Origin: Pelagomonas calceolata | Taxonomy: Eukaryota | Direction of reading: 5' to 3' | Length of the DNA stretch: 64,000 bases | NCBI GenBank assembly: GCA_918797485.1 | Contig: CAKKNE010000006.1 | Coordinates: 806,001 to 870,000, forward strand | Shown here: positions 29,519 through 39,885 of the stretch, piece by piece | Position numbering within the stretch: the stretch's first letter is position 1 | Layout of the letters: every line of letters starts with the position of its first letter | Program-made: the position numbers and the translations under genes | The notes under the pieces: generated by a model | Database searches by the model: none | Seen by the model: the letters and a program-made list of their open reading frames with translations, nothing else | Told to the model about the DNA's origin: nothing

Positions 29519-32339
29519 TTACAACATATCGATCGCGTGAAGGCGGTCGTCGCGTGCTCCAACGAAGACTCGCGATCCGACGATGACCGGCGCCGAGAAC
29601 GCCTTCGCGCCGAGGTCGCACTCGGCGATGGGCGCGCCATCAGTCGCGGAAACGACGAAGACTCGGCCGTCGGTAGACACGGCGACGAGCGTATCGGACA
29701 CGAGCGCAGGTGCCTTGAAGAATTTCGCCCCGGGAACCGATCGCCGGTGCTTCAAAGCGCCACTGGTCGCGTCGCGGAAGACGAGGCCGCCCCGGTCGTC
29801 AGCGACGCAGACGTTCGCGCCGACGACGGCCACGGGCGCGTAGACGGGCGCCGCGCTTCCGACGATGGACCAGCGTCCCGCGCCGTCGTCGTGCGAGACC
29901 GCGTGGACCGCGCCGGAGACGTCGCCGTAGATGACTGCATCCTCGTGGACCACGGGTTGCGCAAACACGGGCGCGCCGGCTTTGCGCCATAGCGGGGCCA
30001 GCGTCGCCGCCTGGAGACCGTGCACCGCGCCGGCGGTCGTCGCCACGACGAGGACCTCACCAGCTAAGGTAGGAGCTGCGAAGACCGCGCCGCCGAGGTG
30101 CTCCGAGGTCCGGCGCACGGATCCGTCGGCGAGCGCAAGAGCCCTTACGAATCCGCCGTGCGAGCCGACGACGAGGGTCGTCGCGTCGAGCGCCGTCGCC
30201 GCGCCTTTGATCGGGCCCGCGCACGGCGCCGACGTCCATCTTAGAGTCCCGTCCGCTACGGCCACGGCGTAGACCCTCCCGTCGTACCCCCCGACAAAGG
30301 CCGCCCCGCCCACGATCAAACAAGGGGCCTCGACGGCGGCGTCCGCCTCTCCGGCGAGGCTCGCGCCGAGGCCGACGCCTGCCGTCCAGAGCGCCGCCCC
30401 GCTGCGCGTGTCGAAGCACACGAGGTCGCGGCCGTGCGACGCCACGAGGCCCTTGCGGCCGTCGTCGAAGAGCGCCACCGCCGCGTCGACGCAGGCCTTG
30501 AGCTGGAGCGACCACGCGCGCCGCAGTGTCGCCGTGCGGGCGCGCTTCGGCGGCGGCGGTGCCAGAGCATTGTCGTCGGTGGGCGGCGCCGGGGCGCGAG
30601 ACTTATCGACGAGCGGCGCGAGCTCGCCGATGCTTAAGCTCAGCACGTCGTCCGGCGCGACGCCCAGTCGCCACGCCGCCTCGACGGCCTGCAGGCTCGT
30701 GCCGCCGAGCGCCGCGAAGGAAGTATCCCCGGTGACGGGCCGGCCGAGGACCGCCGCGAAGGCGTCGAGGACGGCCGTCGTGGCCGTGGTCGGGCGTGGC
30801 ACGGCCGCGGCCGGCGCCGGGGCCGCGTGATTCGGCGCGAGCCGCCGCAGCGCCGCGCGGTCGACCTTCCCCGTCGGCCCGCGCGGCAGCGGGGACGCCT
30901 CGCAGAACGCGGCGGGCCGGTACCGCGCCGGGATCGTGGCCGCGCGGCGCCGCGCGTCCTCGACGTCCTCGCAGCACGCCACCAGATGACCGTCCCTAAC
31001 GACCACCGCGACGCCCGCGCCCAGGCGCTCCTCGACGTCGTTGCACGAGACGCGCACGCCGTGCACGTTGACGACGTCGTCGAGGCGGCCGCCGCAGATC
31101 ACGGCACCGCATGCGGCGCACGCGGTCCCCGCGTCGCCCGTCCGGAACGCCAACGCCCCGCTCGCCGCCTCGAAGCGCGGGCCCGGGCCGGCCGCGCCCA
31201 GATCGGGTGGGTCGAAGCTCGGGCGGACGAGGTCGCCCCGCGCAGCGTAGCCGAGCGCCAGCGTCTTCCCGCGCACGACGATCTCGCCGCCGTCGACGGC
31301 GACCGTCGCGCCGGGGAGCGCGCGGAGGCCGCCGCACGCGCACCGCCCCGGGGCCGTTTCGACGGCGAAGGCGCAATCGGCGGCGGTCTCGGTGCAGCCG
31401 TAGATGTTGACGAGCGTCTGGGACGCGAGGCGCCGCGCCAGGAAGCGGTCGCGCAGGCGGCGCGGCAGCGGCTCGCCCGAACAGTGCCAGCGCGCGACGG
31501 CCGGGAGCGACGCGGGGAGCTGGGGGTCCGCCCGGAGCCAGGCCGCGAGCAGCGACGGCGTGAGCGTCACCTTCGCGGCGCCCAGGTCGCGCGCGCACCG
31601 GAGCGCGTCCGCGCCGGACGGAACAAGCAGCCCGTCGCCGCGCAGCAGCGCGCCGAGGACCTCCGCGACGCTGTCCACGAAGACCGCCGGCGTCCGCAGC
31701 AGCGCGGCGCCCCCCGCGAACGCGTCCCACTCCCAGCGCAGCCGGTGCAGTGTCGCCGCCGCCGACCCCACGACGGCCTTGCGGCCGCCGGCGCCTGTGC
31801 CCGACGTGGCGAGGGCGTAGAGCGCGTCCGGCAGCCACGCCACCGGCGCGTCGGCAAACCTCTCAACGCCGTCGGCGTCGACGCGGCAGGCCGGCGCAAG
31901 GGCGGCGCGCGTCGCCGCCGGGTCGTCCGTGGGACAGTACACGGCGCCCACCGCGAGGCACGCGAGCTGGCAGACCACGGCCTTCGCCGGCGCCGCCCGC
32001 TCGTCGACGGCGTAGGCGACCGCCCGGCCGGCGGTGGCGCCGGCGGCGCGCAGCTCGCTCGCGAGATCCCGGGTCGTCCGTGGGACAGTACACGGCGCCC
32101 ACCGCGAGGCACGCGAGCTGGCAGACCACGGCCTTCGCCGGCGCCGCCCGCTCGTCGACGGCGTAGGCGACCGCCCGGCCGGCGGTGGCGCCGGCGGCGC
32201 GCAGCTCGCTCGCGAGGGCCTCGACGGCCTCGTGCAGTTCCGCGAACGTCGTCACGGACCCGTCGCGTTGGTGCGTGAGCGCTGGTTTTGATGCATGTGC
32301 TGCCACCGCTTGCTGCCAGAGGCGCTGCAGCGCCTCCAT
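29519..32339 (-). CDS. AASDH: AASDH/ACSF4-like NRPS module (adenylation + carrier protein + PQQ-like beta-propeller), frameshifted by a tandem duplication as assembled
   Basis: YALATSGT, NIYGCTE, FRTGD, GRLDDVVNVHGVRV, LPRGPTGKVDR; carrier FAALGGTSLQA; repeated propeller blades (FVGGYDGRVYAV, FVGARDDRLHAI). Confidence 0.8.
31918..32216. repeat. Exact 148-bp tandem duplication with a 3-bp spacer (period 151)
   Basis: 31918-32065 matches 32069-32216 (ccgggtcgtccgtggg...gctcgctcgcgag), separated by atc. Confidence 0.92.
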
Positions 32340-32435
32340 GGCGCTGCACCGATGCCTCGTAAATTTTCCGTCCATTTCAGACGATCCAAACATCTCTGAG
32401 GCTGCTGAGCCGGCCGAGACCTCGATGCTCTCCGT

Positions 32436-32461
32436 GCTTGCTAGTGTCTTACAGCCGCTAG
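32436..32461 (-). promoter_or_regulatory. Recurrent upstream motif copy
   Basis: gcttgctagtgtcttacagccgctag. Confidence 0.6.
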
Positions 32462-32641
32462 ATACTCAGGGGATTCTCTCTGCACTCCGGCCCGCCGGTG
32501 ACGACGTCGCCGCGCCGGTAAATTCATTCGATTCTTTTTACACGGGGAAGTGGTGATTTGATCAAGGATGGGAGTCGCGCCAACCATCGTGTCCGGTGAA
32601 ATCAGTGGTGGGTGAGGAGCGGGGGACGTATATGATGCACC

Positions 32642-33658
32642 GTGTTTTCCGAGCGAGAGGCAAGCTCGATCTTGCGAGGTTCAGGCCTCGCGGGCGACGA
32701 ACTGCACCGTCGTCGCGATCGCGGTACAGTCGTGGGCCGGGTCGCGTGCCGCGAAGTCGACGCAGAGCATACGTGCAAGCGGCTGCCGCCCATCGCTCGC
32801 CGGCGGCTGATGCCTACCGAAAAAAGACGACGGAAGACCTGCGCCCAGGAGAACGGCAACCGGGCGCGTTTGTTAGGAGCGGCCCTCACGCTGCAGCGGC
32901 CCGACCTCTTCGACGTCAAGTGTTCCTACCTAGCGCCGCCGTCGAACTTCACCTGCGCCCAGACGGAAGTCGGCACGCACCACCGCCTGGAGCTCGAGGA
33001 GGCGAGGCGGCTGGTGTTGTTGTCACCGCGCGCCGTGAAGGACTCGAGGTGGGTCGAGCCCGAGGACTACGCCCGCTACAAATACGTGCTGAACCTGCCG
33101 GGCCAGACCTCGGGCTCGTACAGCCGCAACCTCAACCACCTCTGGGCCGTCGGTGCCATTGTATTACTGTGGGACGCGAAGATCGTGGAATGGTACTACG
33201 CCGCGCTGCAGGCGGGCGTGACCCATCTCTCGGTGAACGCGTCGACGGCGGCCCGCGTTATTGATGATTTAGACCCTACAACGATCGAGAGACTCATCGA
33301 AGGCGCTAAAAAAGTACAAGAGCTATTGGTCTGCCCCGACTGCATCGCGCACTACCTCAGACGAGTGGTCGATGCTATCAGAGAGCGGGTCTCCTACCGC
33401 TACGTGCTCGACGACCGGGATGCGATTCTGGCATTAGCCGAAAGAGCGCGAGCGTGTCGGGATTTCGTGGAGGTCCGCGTCCGCGTGCGAAGGCACGGGC
33501 AAAAATTCAGAGCAAGGGGCGGCGCGTCCATGTGCGAGGTGCTGCGCCGAGGCAAGTGGCGCGGGCCGCCGCCGCCTGCCGTCAAGGTCGCGTTGGACGA
33601 CTCATTAGGCCCGCGGCCGGCGTTCGCGCCGCGAACGGGGCAGTTCGTCGTGCCCTGA
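32642..33658 (+). CDS. Glycosyltransferase family 90 (CAP10/POGLUT-like), 5' end missing or disrupted
   Basis: YARYKYVLNLPG..YSRNLNHLWAVGAIVL..EWYYAALQAGVTH; no ATG at the ORF start and an in-frame TGA at 32633. Confidence 0.65.
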   Translation: MFSEREASSILRGSGLAGDELHRRRDRGTVVGRVACREVDAEHTCKRLPPIARRRLMPTEKRRRKTCAQENGNRARLLGAALTLQRPDLFDVKCSYLAPPSNFTCAQTEVGTHHRLELEEARRLVLLSPRAVKDSRWVEPEDYARYKYVLNLPGQTSGSYSRNLNHLWAVGAIVLLWDAKIVEWYYAALQAGVTHLSVNASTAARVIDDLDPTTIERLIEGAKKVQELLVCPDCIAHYLRRVVDAIRERVSYRYVLDDRDAILALAERARACRDFVEVRVRVRRHGQKFRARGGASMCEVLRRGKWRGPPPPAVKVALDDSLGPRPAFAPRTGQFVVP

Positions 33659-33716
33659 CGCCTAGTCGGCGCGACGGCGTAGATTTCAAACAGGATATTA
33701 AGCACAAACGTATCTA

Positions 33717-34718
33717 CTAGAACTTCCGCAGCGCCGGGTTCACCAAAGCCGCGAGCTGCTGCAGCGGCGCCGGCGCCGTCGCGGGGATGTCGCGGATGTA
33801 GTCGATCTTCCCCTCGGCGTCAGAACCGTAGAACGAGATGCCTTTCGGACCGTCGTTGCCGTTCACGCGCACGAGCCACGTGAAGCAACACGCGTCGTCG
33901 CCTCGCGAGAGCTCCGTGGGCACGAACTCGATGCCCGGGATGTCAAAAGCTTCCACAAACTCCTTGACCTCGGCCTTGCCGAGGAACGGATTGGGATAGT
34001 TAAAGTCCTCGTAGCGGATGTCCTCCGCGAACAACTCCAAAGCTACCGCGGGCGTGGCACCCTTCGGGTAGGCCTCGTTCCAGAGGTAGTCGGCGATTTG
34101 TGCGGCTCCTTTTGGCGAACGCTTCTCATAGGTCGGCACCTTGTCCTCCTTCTCGATGTTGGCCGTCGCGGCCTTTAACAGAGCTTCGGTCGCTTCGCCC
34201 GGTTTCAGGATCGGTTCGCTCCCTTCTCTGGCGTACACTAATTTCCCATCTTCGAACTTGACGAAGGTCGTACCTCTCAGACCCTCCTTGCCATTCGCAT
34301 CCTCTCGATGCCACGTGAAGCCACCACTCACGGCATCACCGGCGATGCGGTCGCAGACGACTCTCGTACCTTCCGGGTACTTCTCCTCGAAGTACTTCGC
34401 GATCTGGCCGGGCCCCGTAAAAGTATCCGAGGCGAGGTCCTCGTACTGGGCGTACGACGCGCATAACGCCGCGACGGCGTCTGGGTTAACACCGGTCGGC
34501 GCGCAGACGACGTCGACGAGCTTCTGGGCGGCCTTGTCTCCGCTGCCCGGCGCGGCCGACGCGACTGCGTTCTGCGCCGCCGTCATGAAGTCGGCCACGA
34601 AGCTCGCATGGAGCGTCGTGCCACGCCGCGACGCTGCCACTGATGATGATGCAGGCACTAATGCTGAGGCGCCGAGCGCGGCGCAAGCGAGGAGGAGTCG
34701 AGCAGCGTTCATAGTCAT
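33717..34718 (-). CDS. Tandem SnoaL/NTF2-like domain protein, probably plastid-targeted
   Basis: Two copies of YED..F.G....F..F/GFTW..G.KG..F; LLLACAALGASAL signal. Confidence 0.75.
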   Translation of the reverse strand: MTMNAARLLLACAALGASALVPASSSVAASRRGTTLHASFVADFMTAAQNAVASAAPGSGDKAAQKLVDVVCAPTGVNPDAVAALCASYAQYEDLASDTFTGPGQIAKYFEEKYPEGTRVVCDRIAGDAVSGGFTWHREDANGKEGLRGTTFVKFEDGKLVYAREGSEPILKPGEATEALLKAATANIEKEDKVPTYEKRSPKGAAQIADYLWNEAYPKGATPAVALELFAEDIRYEDFNYPNPFLGKAEVKEFVEAFDIPGIEFVPTELSRGDDACCFTWLVRVNGNDGPKGISFYGSDAEGKIDYIRDIPATAPAPLQQLAALVNPALRKF

Positions 34719-34938
34719 CGTACCGCTTGCTGAAACTTCAAACCCGACGAGCAATGCGTCTCCGTGGGCAGAGATAGGTGCCGATGACGCCGATGCTGGA
34801 TTTTGTCTCTCGGAGAGCGTGCCTGTCGAGCAGCCCGCAGCGCTAGTCACGCGGCCCAACAACCGTTATCAACAGCGGCGCGCGACCACTCCGGGACTAT
34901 CTTCCAGCGGCGAGGCAACCGGGCGCGCACGGCGCGGC

Positions 34939-36391
34939 ATGCACACCTCCCAGGCTCTCCTTGCAGCCATCACCGGTGCCGCCGCGATGGCGCCGACGAA
35001 GATCCGCAGCGCCACGCCGAAGTTCGCCCCGATGCCGGCCATGCTCACGTCGACCGTCCCGGGCACCTGGGCCCACGACACGATGAGCCGCCGCGTCGTC
35101 GAGGACATCCTGGACAAGGTGCGCTCGCGGCGTCCCGTCGTGTAGAGGCGCGTTCACGCCATCGACGCGACTGGTGTCCATCTCACGATGCCGTGGGTGG
35201 TTTCTTTTGCGATTTCGAGGCCGTTAATGCTCCACGCAGGTCGTCTACGGCGACAATAGTGATGCAGCGTGGTTTTCTGAGGCGAAGCCGTCGTTAGATG
35301 CTTTAAGAGCCGAAATACTGGCGGACGCCGAACTAAGGCCGATCGAAGGCGCCGGTGAGGACGTCGCGGATTGGAACGCACTACTGGCAAAGTATCCCGG
35401 AGGGACCTGGCTCTCAGCGCCTTGGTTGGTGGCCGAGTTCTACCTGTACCGGAGGGTGGCGGAAGCGACGCAATGGTTCCGCGACGGGAATACACGAGGG
35501 GAACAGAATATTGAGGACGTCTTCGCCAAATCTAAACAAGCGGGCCTCGCCTCCGCGACCACGACTCTGGAAGCTTTGGCGGCGCGGACGGTTGAGTTAG
35601 TTTGTGATGCCAAGGCCTCAGCTTTTTTCCTCTCGCTGGCTCTCTGGGGCAACCGCATGGATTTGAGTTTGTGGCCCGCCGATGCTGGTGTCGCGTCGTC
35701 GTCCGAAGCCTTTGACCAGGTGCTGGCTTCTTCCTCGGAACAACTCCTCGCGGACGACACGGAGCAAGTGACTCAACTCTTGGACACGTTACGGGCCAAA
35801 GGAGGCGGCGTCATTGATCTGGTGGTGGACAACGCGGGCTTCGAGTTGTGTACGGATTTACTGTTAGCGGACCATCTTGTAGGAAGTGGCGCGGCGAAGT
35901 GCGTGCGCTTCCGCGTGAAACATCATCCCACGTTTGTCTCCGATGCTTTGGAGCGCGACGTCGACGCCCACATCGCGGAGCTTGCGAAGGGTGACGGCGC
36001 GGCGGCGAGCGTCGCGAAACGGTGGGGGGAACGCCGTGCTAGTGGAGAATTCGCCTGCGTCGCGGACACGTACTGGGCCATGCCGTACGCGTTGTGGGAC
36101 GTTCCTGAAACATTGTACGATCATTTGAGGGACAGTTCATCTCTCATCATCGTGAAGGGCGACGCGAACTACCGACGAGCCTTAGGCGACCGGCCGTGGC
36201 CGCTCGACGCGCCCTTTGCGGACGTGTGCAGCTACGCGCCGGCACCCTTATTGTGTTTGCGCACCCTCAAAGCGGAGCTCGGCTGCGGCATGGCTAAACA
36301 AGGCACGGACCGCGCCGCTTCTAGTGATGAAACGTGGCTCACGGACGGGAGGTGGGGCGTGGTGCACTTCTCACCGGCCGCCGACGAGTAA
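34939..36391 (+). CDS. ARMT1/DUF89 damage-control phosphatase; join(34939..35118,35240..36391)
   Basis: WLSAPWLVAEFYLYRR, ALWGNRMDLS, VVDNAGFEL..D, FVSD, IVKGDANYRR, LRTLKAE. Confidence 0.9.
35119..35239 (+). other. Spliceosomal intron, family B (GT-AG)
   Basis: aag|gtgcgctcgcggcgtcc...cacgccatcgacgcgac...ctccacgcag|gtc; removes a stop and restores the frame. Confidence 0.88.
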
Positions 36392-36399
36392 CTATAACC

Positions 36400-38034
36400 T
36401 TAAGTACCCCAGCTCCTTTGCCAGTCCGCGAGGTCCACTCTTCCCGTTTCGCCGGCGTGAACCGGCTCGCTTGGGACCACCTCGCCGGCGTGAACGGGCT
36501 CACCCGGAACCTCGCCGGTGACCACCCCGCCAGTGACCACCTCGCCGGCGACTGCCTCGGCCGCGGCGGCCCGACGCGTCTCCACGGCTAACGCGCCGGA
36601 CAAGGCCGCGGCTGTGCCCGGCGACAGGAGCCCAAAGCTTTGCTCCCGCACTCCGGAAACCTCGGCGCGCGCCGGCTCCGTCTCTGGCTCGGGCTGTGGT
36701 GCTTTCGGCTCCGGCGCGCCGGTCTCACCAACATTCGGCCACCAGGCCGGCGCCGGGCCGTCACACCGCGCCAGGATTTCTTGTGACGCGGCCTCGGGGT
36801 CATCGCCCGCGCCCTCGGACGCCGGGACGTCCAGGTAGGTGGCGCGATACACAGAGTCGGCAGTACACAGCGCGCTGCACGCGCACCCGCACACGAGTCC
36901 GATGCAGCCGCCGACGAGCCCCATCAAGTACGCGAATTCGTGCCAGTATACTGCGGGCGCAATCACGAGGTGCCATAGAAGTGCACTCACCACCAGGTAG
37001 TAGACGATAGCCCAACAGCACAGCGTCTTCCTGCGCACCGGGTACTTCGCCCTCCAGAGCGCGGAGGACTCACATGCGACCAAGGCCCACGAAAAGGCCA
37101 CGAGGAACGCGAGCGCCACGAGGAAGTTCCAGAGGTGGGGATTCGGGGGCGGGCACCCGTCGTCGAGCCACTTCTGGCGCCCCGGCTGGTCCTTGGCCTC
37201 GTTCGTGTGGTCTTCTATCTTTTTCCCGCAGACGCCCGTATATGCATAATTGCTGCCGGACTCAGCGTGGTCACAAGGGACCCCATCAATTCGGGTGGAG
37301 AATTGGTACGTCGTCCAGCCGCGGATGCGATTCTTGCACCGCTTGCCGTCGACGTCGTCCGGACCGAGCCAGAGATTCGGCGCCCTGTTTTTTCCGCTGT
37401 GGGTGTACTCGAGGCAGCAACTGAAGCCGTGGTACTCACGCTCGCGCTCGGTCGCGATCTCGAAGCTCAGGCACTCGGGGTCGGCGGCGCACAGCGTTCG
37501 GCATGCCTCGACGCTATGGTGCTCGACAGTGACGCCACAATCGAAACAGCCCCCCGCGTGAACGCCCCAGTTCACGAACTCGTGTCTCTTGGTCCAACAC
37601 GGGTCAACGTTGTCCACCACGAAGCCGGGGGCCCAGGATTTGGGCGCGGCGGGCTCGGGGCAGAGGTCATCGATGTTCTCCAAGCACGCCGTTTCGAGCC
37701 AGATGCCTTGTTCAAAGCTTAATGTTTGTGGAGGACACGAATCAGAGCCGTACTGCTCGGCCCACTTGATATCACTACTATTGCAGCATCCGCTCTTTTG
37801 ACACCGCGCAGGTTTACACGTATCATCACCTTGTTGCGCGAGGGCAAAATCACACGTCTCAGGTGGAGGACACGCATCGTAGCCTTGCGCCTCAGCCCAC
37901 GTTTGATTGCACGCGTACCGCCCGCGGCCCGCCCAGGTCTCGTCCAGGTATTTCATGCATTGCGCAGTATAATAGTCTACGCAGGAGCAGCGCGCTGTCC
38001 TTGCGAGGAGGGCTGCTGTGAGGAGACGGAGCAT
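36400..38034 (-). CDS. Cys-rich membrane protein with a PAN/apple-like module and about 3 TM helices
   Basis: Signal MLRLLTAALLARTARC; SVEACRTLCAADPECLSFE; hydrophobic helices; GEVV/GEPV repeats at the C-terminus. Confidence 0.65.
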   Translation of the reverse strand: MLRLLTAALLARTARCSCVDYYTAQCMKYLDETWAGRGRYACNQTWAEAQGYDACPPPETCDFALAQQGDDTCKPARCQKSGCCNSSDIKWAEQYGSDSCPPQTLSFEQGIWLETACLENIDDLCPEPAAPKSWAPGFVVDNVDPCWTKRHEFVNWGVHAGGCFDCGVTVEHHSVEACRTLCAADPECLSFEIATEREREYHGFSCCLEYTHSGKNRAPNLWLGPDDVDGKRCKNRIRGWTTYQFSTRIDGVPCDHAESGSNYAYTGVCGKKIEDHTNEAKDQPGRQKWLDDGCPPPNPHLWNFLVALAFLVAFSWALVACESSALWRAKYPVRRKTLCCWAIVYYLVVSALLWHLVIAPAVYWHEFAYLMGLVGGCIGLVCGCACSALCTADSVYRATYLDVPASEGAGDDPEAASQEILARCDGPAPAWWPNVGETGAPEPKAPQPEPETEPARAEVSGVREQSFGLLSPGTAAALSGALAVETRRAAAAEAVAGEVVTGGVVTGEVPGEPVHAGEVVPSEPVHAGETGRVDLADWQRSWGT

Positions 38035-38328
38035 GGCTGACGGATAGGAGCCGCCGGGATGCTCGTTTCGCCTTCGGGGCAGCGAAGGGAAGCGGCCGGA
38101 GCAGCAATTCTCAGGCTGCCCGCAGCACCGCATCGGGCAATCTGAGTTAATCTGAGCGCAACCCGCGCGTTGCCCGATGGCTCGAACGCATGACTCGCGG
38201 CCTTCGAGACGAATCCGGAGGCGTTCCGAAGTGCTCAACGGGCTGTGACCGCGAATCGGACAAACGCGGGCCGCGCGCGTAAGAGAGAGGAGGCTTACTT
38301 GACAAGCGGGGAGGAGGGAGTTCCGTAC

Positions 38329-39291
38329 TCAGGCCGATTCGGGAGTAGCGCCGACCCACTGGGACGCCAGGCGCCGCAGCGCGGGCGTCGCCGACGGCGT
38401 GTCGATTGAGGAAGAAGGCGACGCGCGGACCCATCGAGGTGCGGGCAAGGGCGTCGCGTCGACGGCGCCCCGCGCGTTCGTCGAGCCGTAGCCCCCAGAT
38501 GGAGACAGGTCCAACAACAACGCCTCCTCGCAGTCGTCGTTCTTCTTCGGACTCTCGAAGAGCATGTCGGCCGCCATCGGCGCGTGCTTGCGCAGGAAGG
38601 GCGCGGCCCGCGCCGCGCCCGCCGTTCGAGCTCTCAAGAAGGCCTCGAGGCACAGGCCGGAGACGACGACGAAGAGCGCTAAAGAAGCTTCGAAGCCCCG
38701 CGAACAACCGGCTGTGATTCGCGTCCACATTGCAACAACGACGCGGCCCGCGTACGAGGAAGCTTGGATCGAGAGCTTCACGGAACGAGTCGTGAACTGC
38801 GCGACCTTCACGAAACCGCGAGAAGCTACTTTGACGCGCCGCGACATCTCGAAGAGCGTCGAGACGAGGAAGCACATGCCGCCCACGAGCACGGCACACG
38901 CGACGGCCAGCGACGCCCAGAGCGTCGCCGCCATGGCATACAAAGCTTTCGACGCGATGAGCGAGTAGGATCCAGCGACCCGCGCCGTCGAGATGCCGTA
39001 GCCGCCCGCTACTTTCGCGCCGTGCAGGGCGACGCGCGCGCCCTTCAAAGCGGTCTGGCCCACCGTCTCCATATCAGCCTCCATAATCACGGAGCACGGT
39101 GAAGCCGGCCTTTCGTGCAAAGGTAGCACGCCGCCGCGCTGCGCCTTTTGTGATTTCGTCGCGAGCTTGCGGGCGACGGCCTGCTGGCGTTGCAAGGAGC
39201 GTGTCCCCGGCGTGAGGCTGGCCTTGCCTCTTGCGTTGTTTTTGGTAAACGTGACGTCGCCCTCGCGGCGGGCGAGCTGGCCGAGGGCCAT
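38329..39291 (-). CDS. Hypothetical membrane protein
   Basis: 320-aa ATG-initiated ORF with hydrophobic stretches; no recognisable domain. Confidence 0.5.
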   Translation of the reverse strand: MALGQLARREGDVTFTKNNARGKASLTPGTRSLQRQQAVARKLATKSQKAQRGGVLPLHERPASPCSVIMEADMETVGQTALKGARVALHGAKVAGGYGISTARVAGSYSLIASKALYAMAATLWASLAVACAVLVGGMCFLVSTLFEMSRRVKVASRGFVKVAQFTTRSVKLSIQASSYAGRVVVAMWTRITAGCSRGFEASLALFVVVSGLCLEAFLRARTAGAARAAPFLRKHAPMAADMLFESPKKNDDCEEALLLDLSPSGGYGSTNARGAVDATPLPAPRWVRASPSSSIDTPSATPALRRLASQWVGATPESA

Positions 39292-39885
39292 GGTTGTTTT
39301 TTTGTGTGATGCGGCGGTGGCGGCGGCGGCGAGCTGGGACGGCGTCCGGCGGCGGCGTCTGTCGCGGCGCGGGTGCGTTTCAGGGCTGCGAAGGGAGCTG
39401 TTGCTGTTCCGCTGTTTACGGCGCCTAGAGCGTCCAGCGGTGTCGCGTCTGCTGCTGTACGCGGCGGTGTCGCTGTCTGCTGCGCCACGGACGGCTTTAT
39501 GTGCTGTGAAACTGCCGAGCGTCGCGGTACAGCGGTGATAAAAAAATCAGCCTTGTGAAACGGGCTAAACCCGCACGGTCCATGTGGTCTATCGGTCCTC
39601 TCAGCCGGTGAATGTCGGGCCCGGGACCCCTCGCCGAGAGACCTCGGCGTGGGACACGTCGCAACCGCCGCTTCTAGGGATACATTACTTTAGGGAGAGC
39701 AGCGCGCCTGTGTCTCGCGGTAAAGCTGCCGCGCGGACCGCCAGAGCCAGGGGGCAGCCCACGAAACCTCGTCGAGGACCGCCCGACGCCGTCGCCGCGG
39801 CAGCGCCCCACGAAAAAGTCCTGAAGAGGGCCGCCACCGCCTGCAGCACACAAGCCACCGGAAGGCAGGCGCCGCACACGCCACG

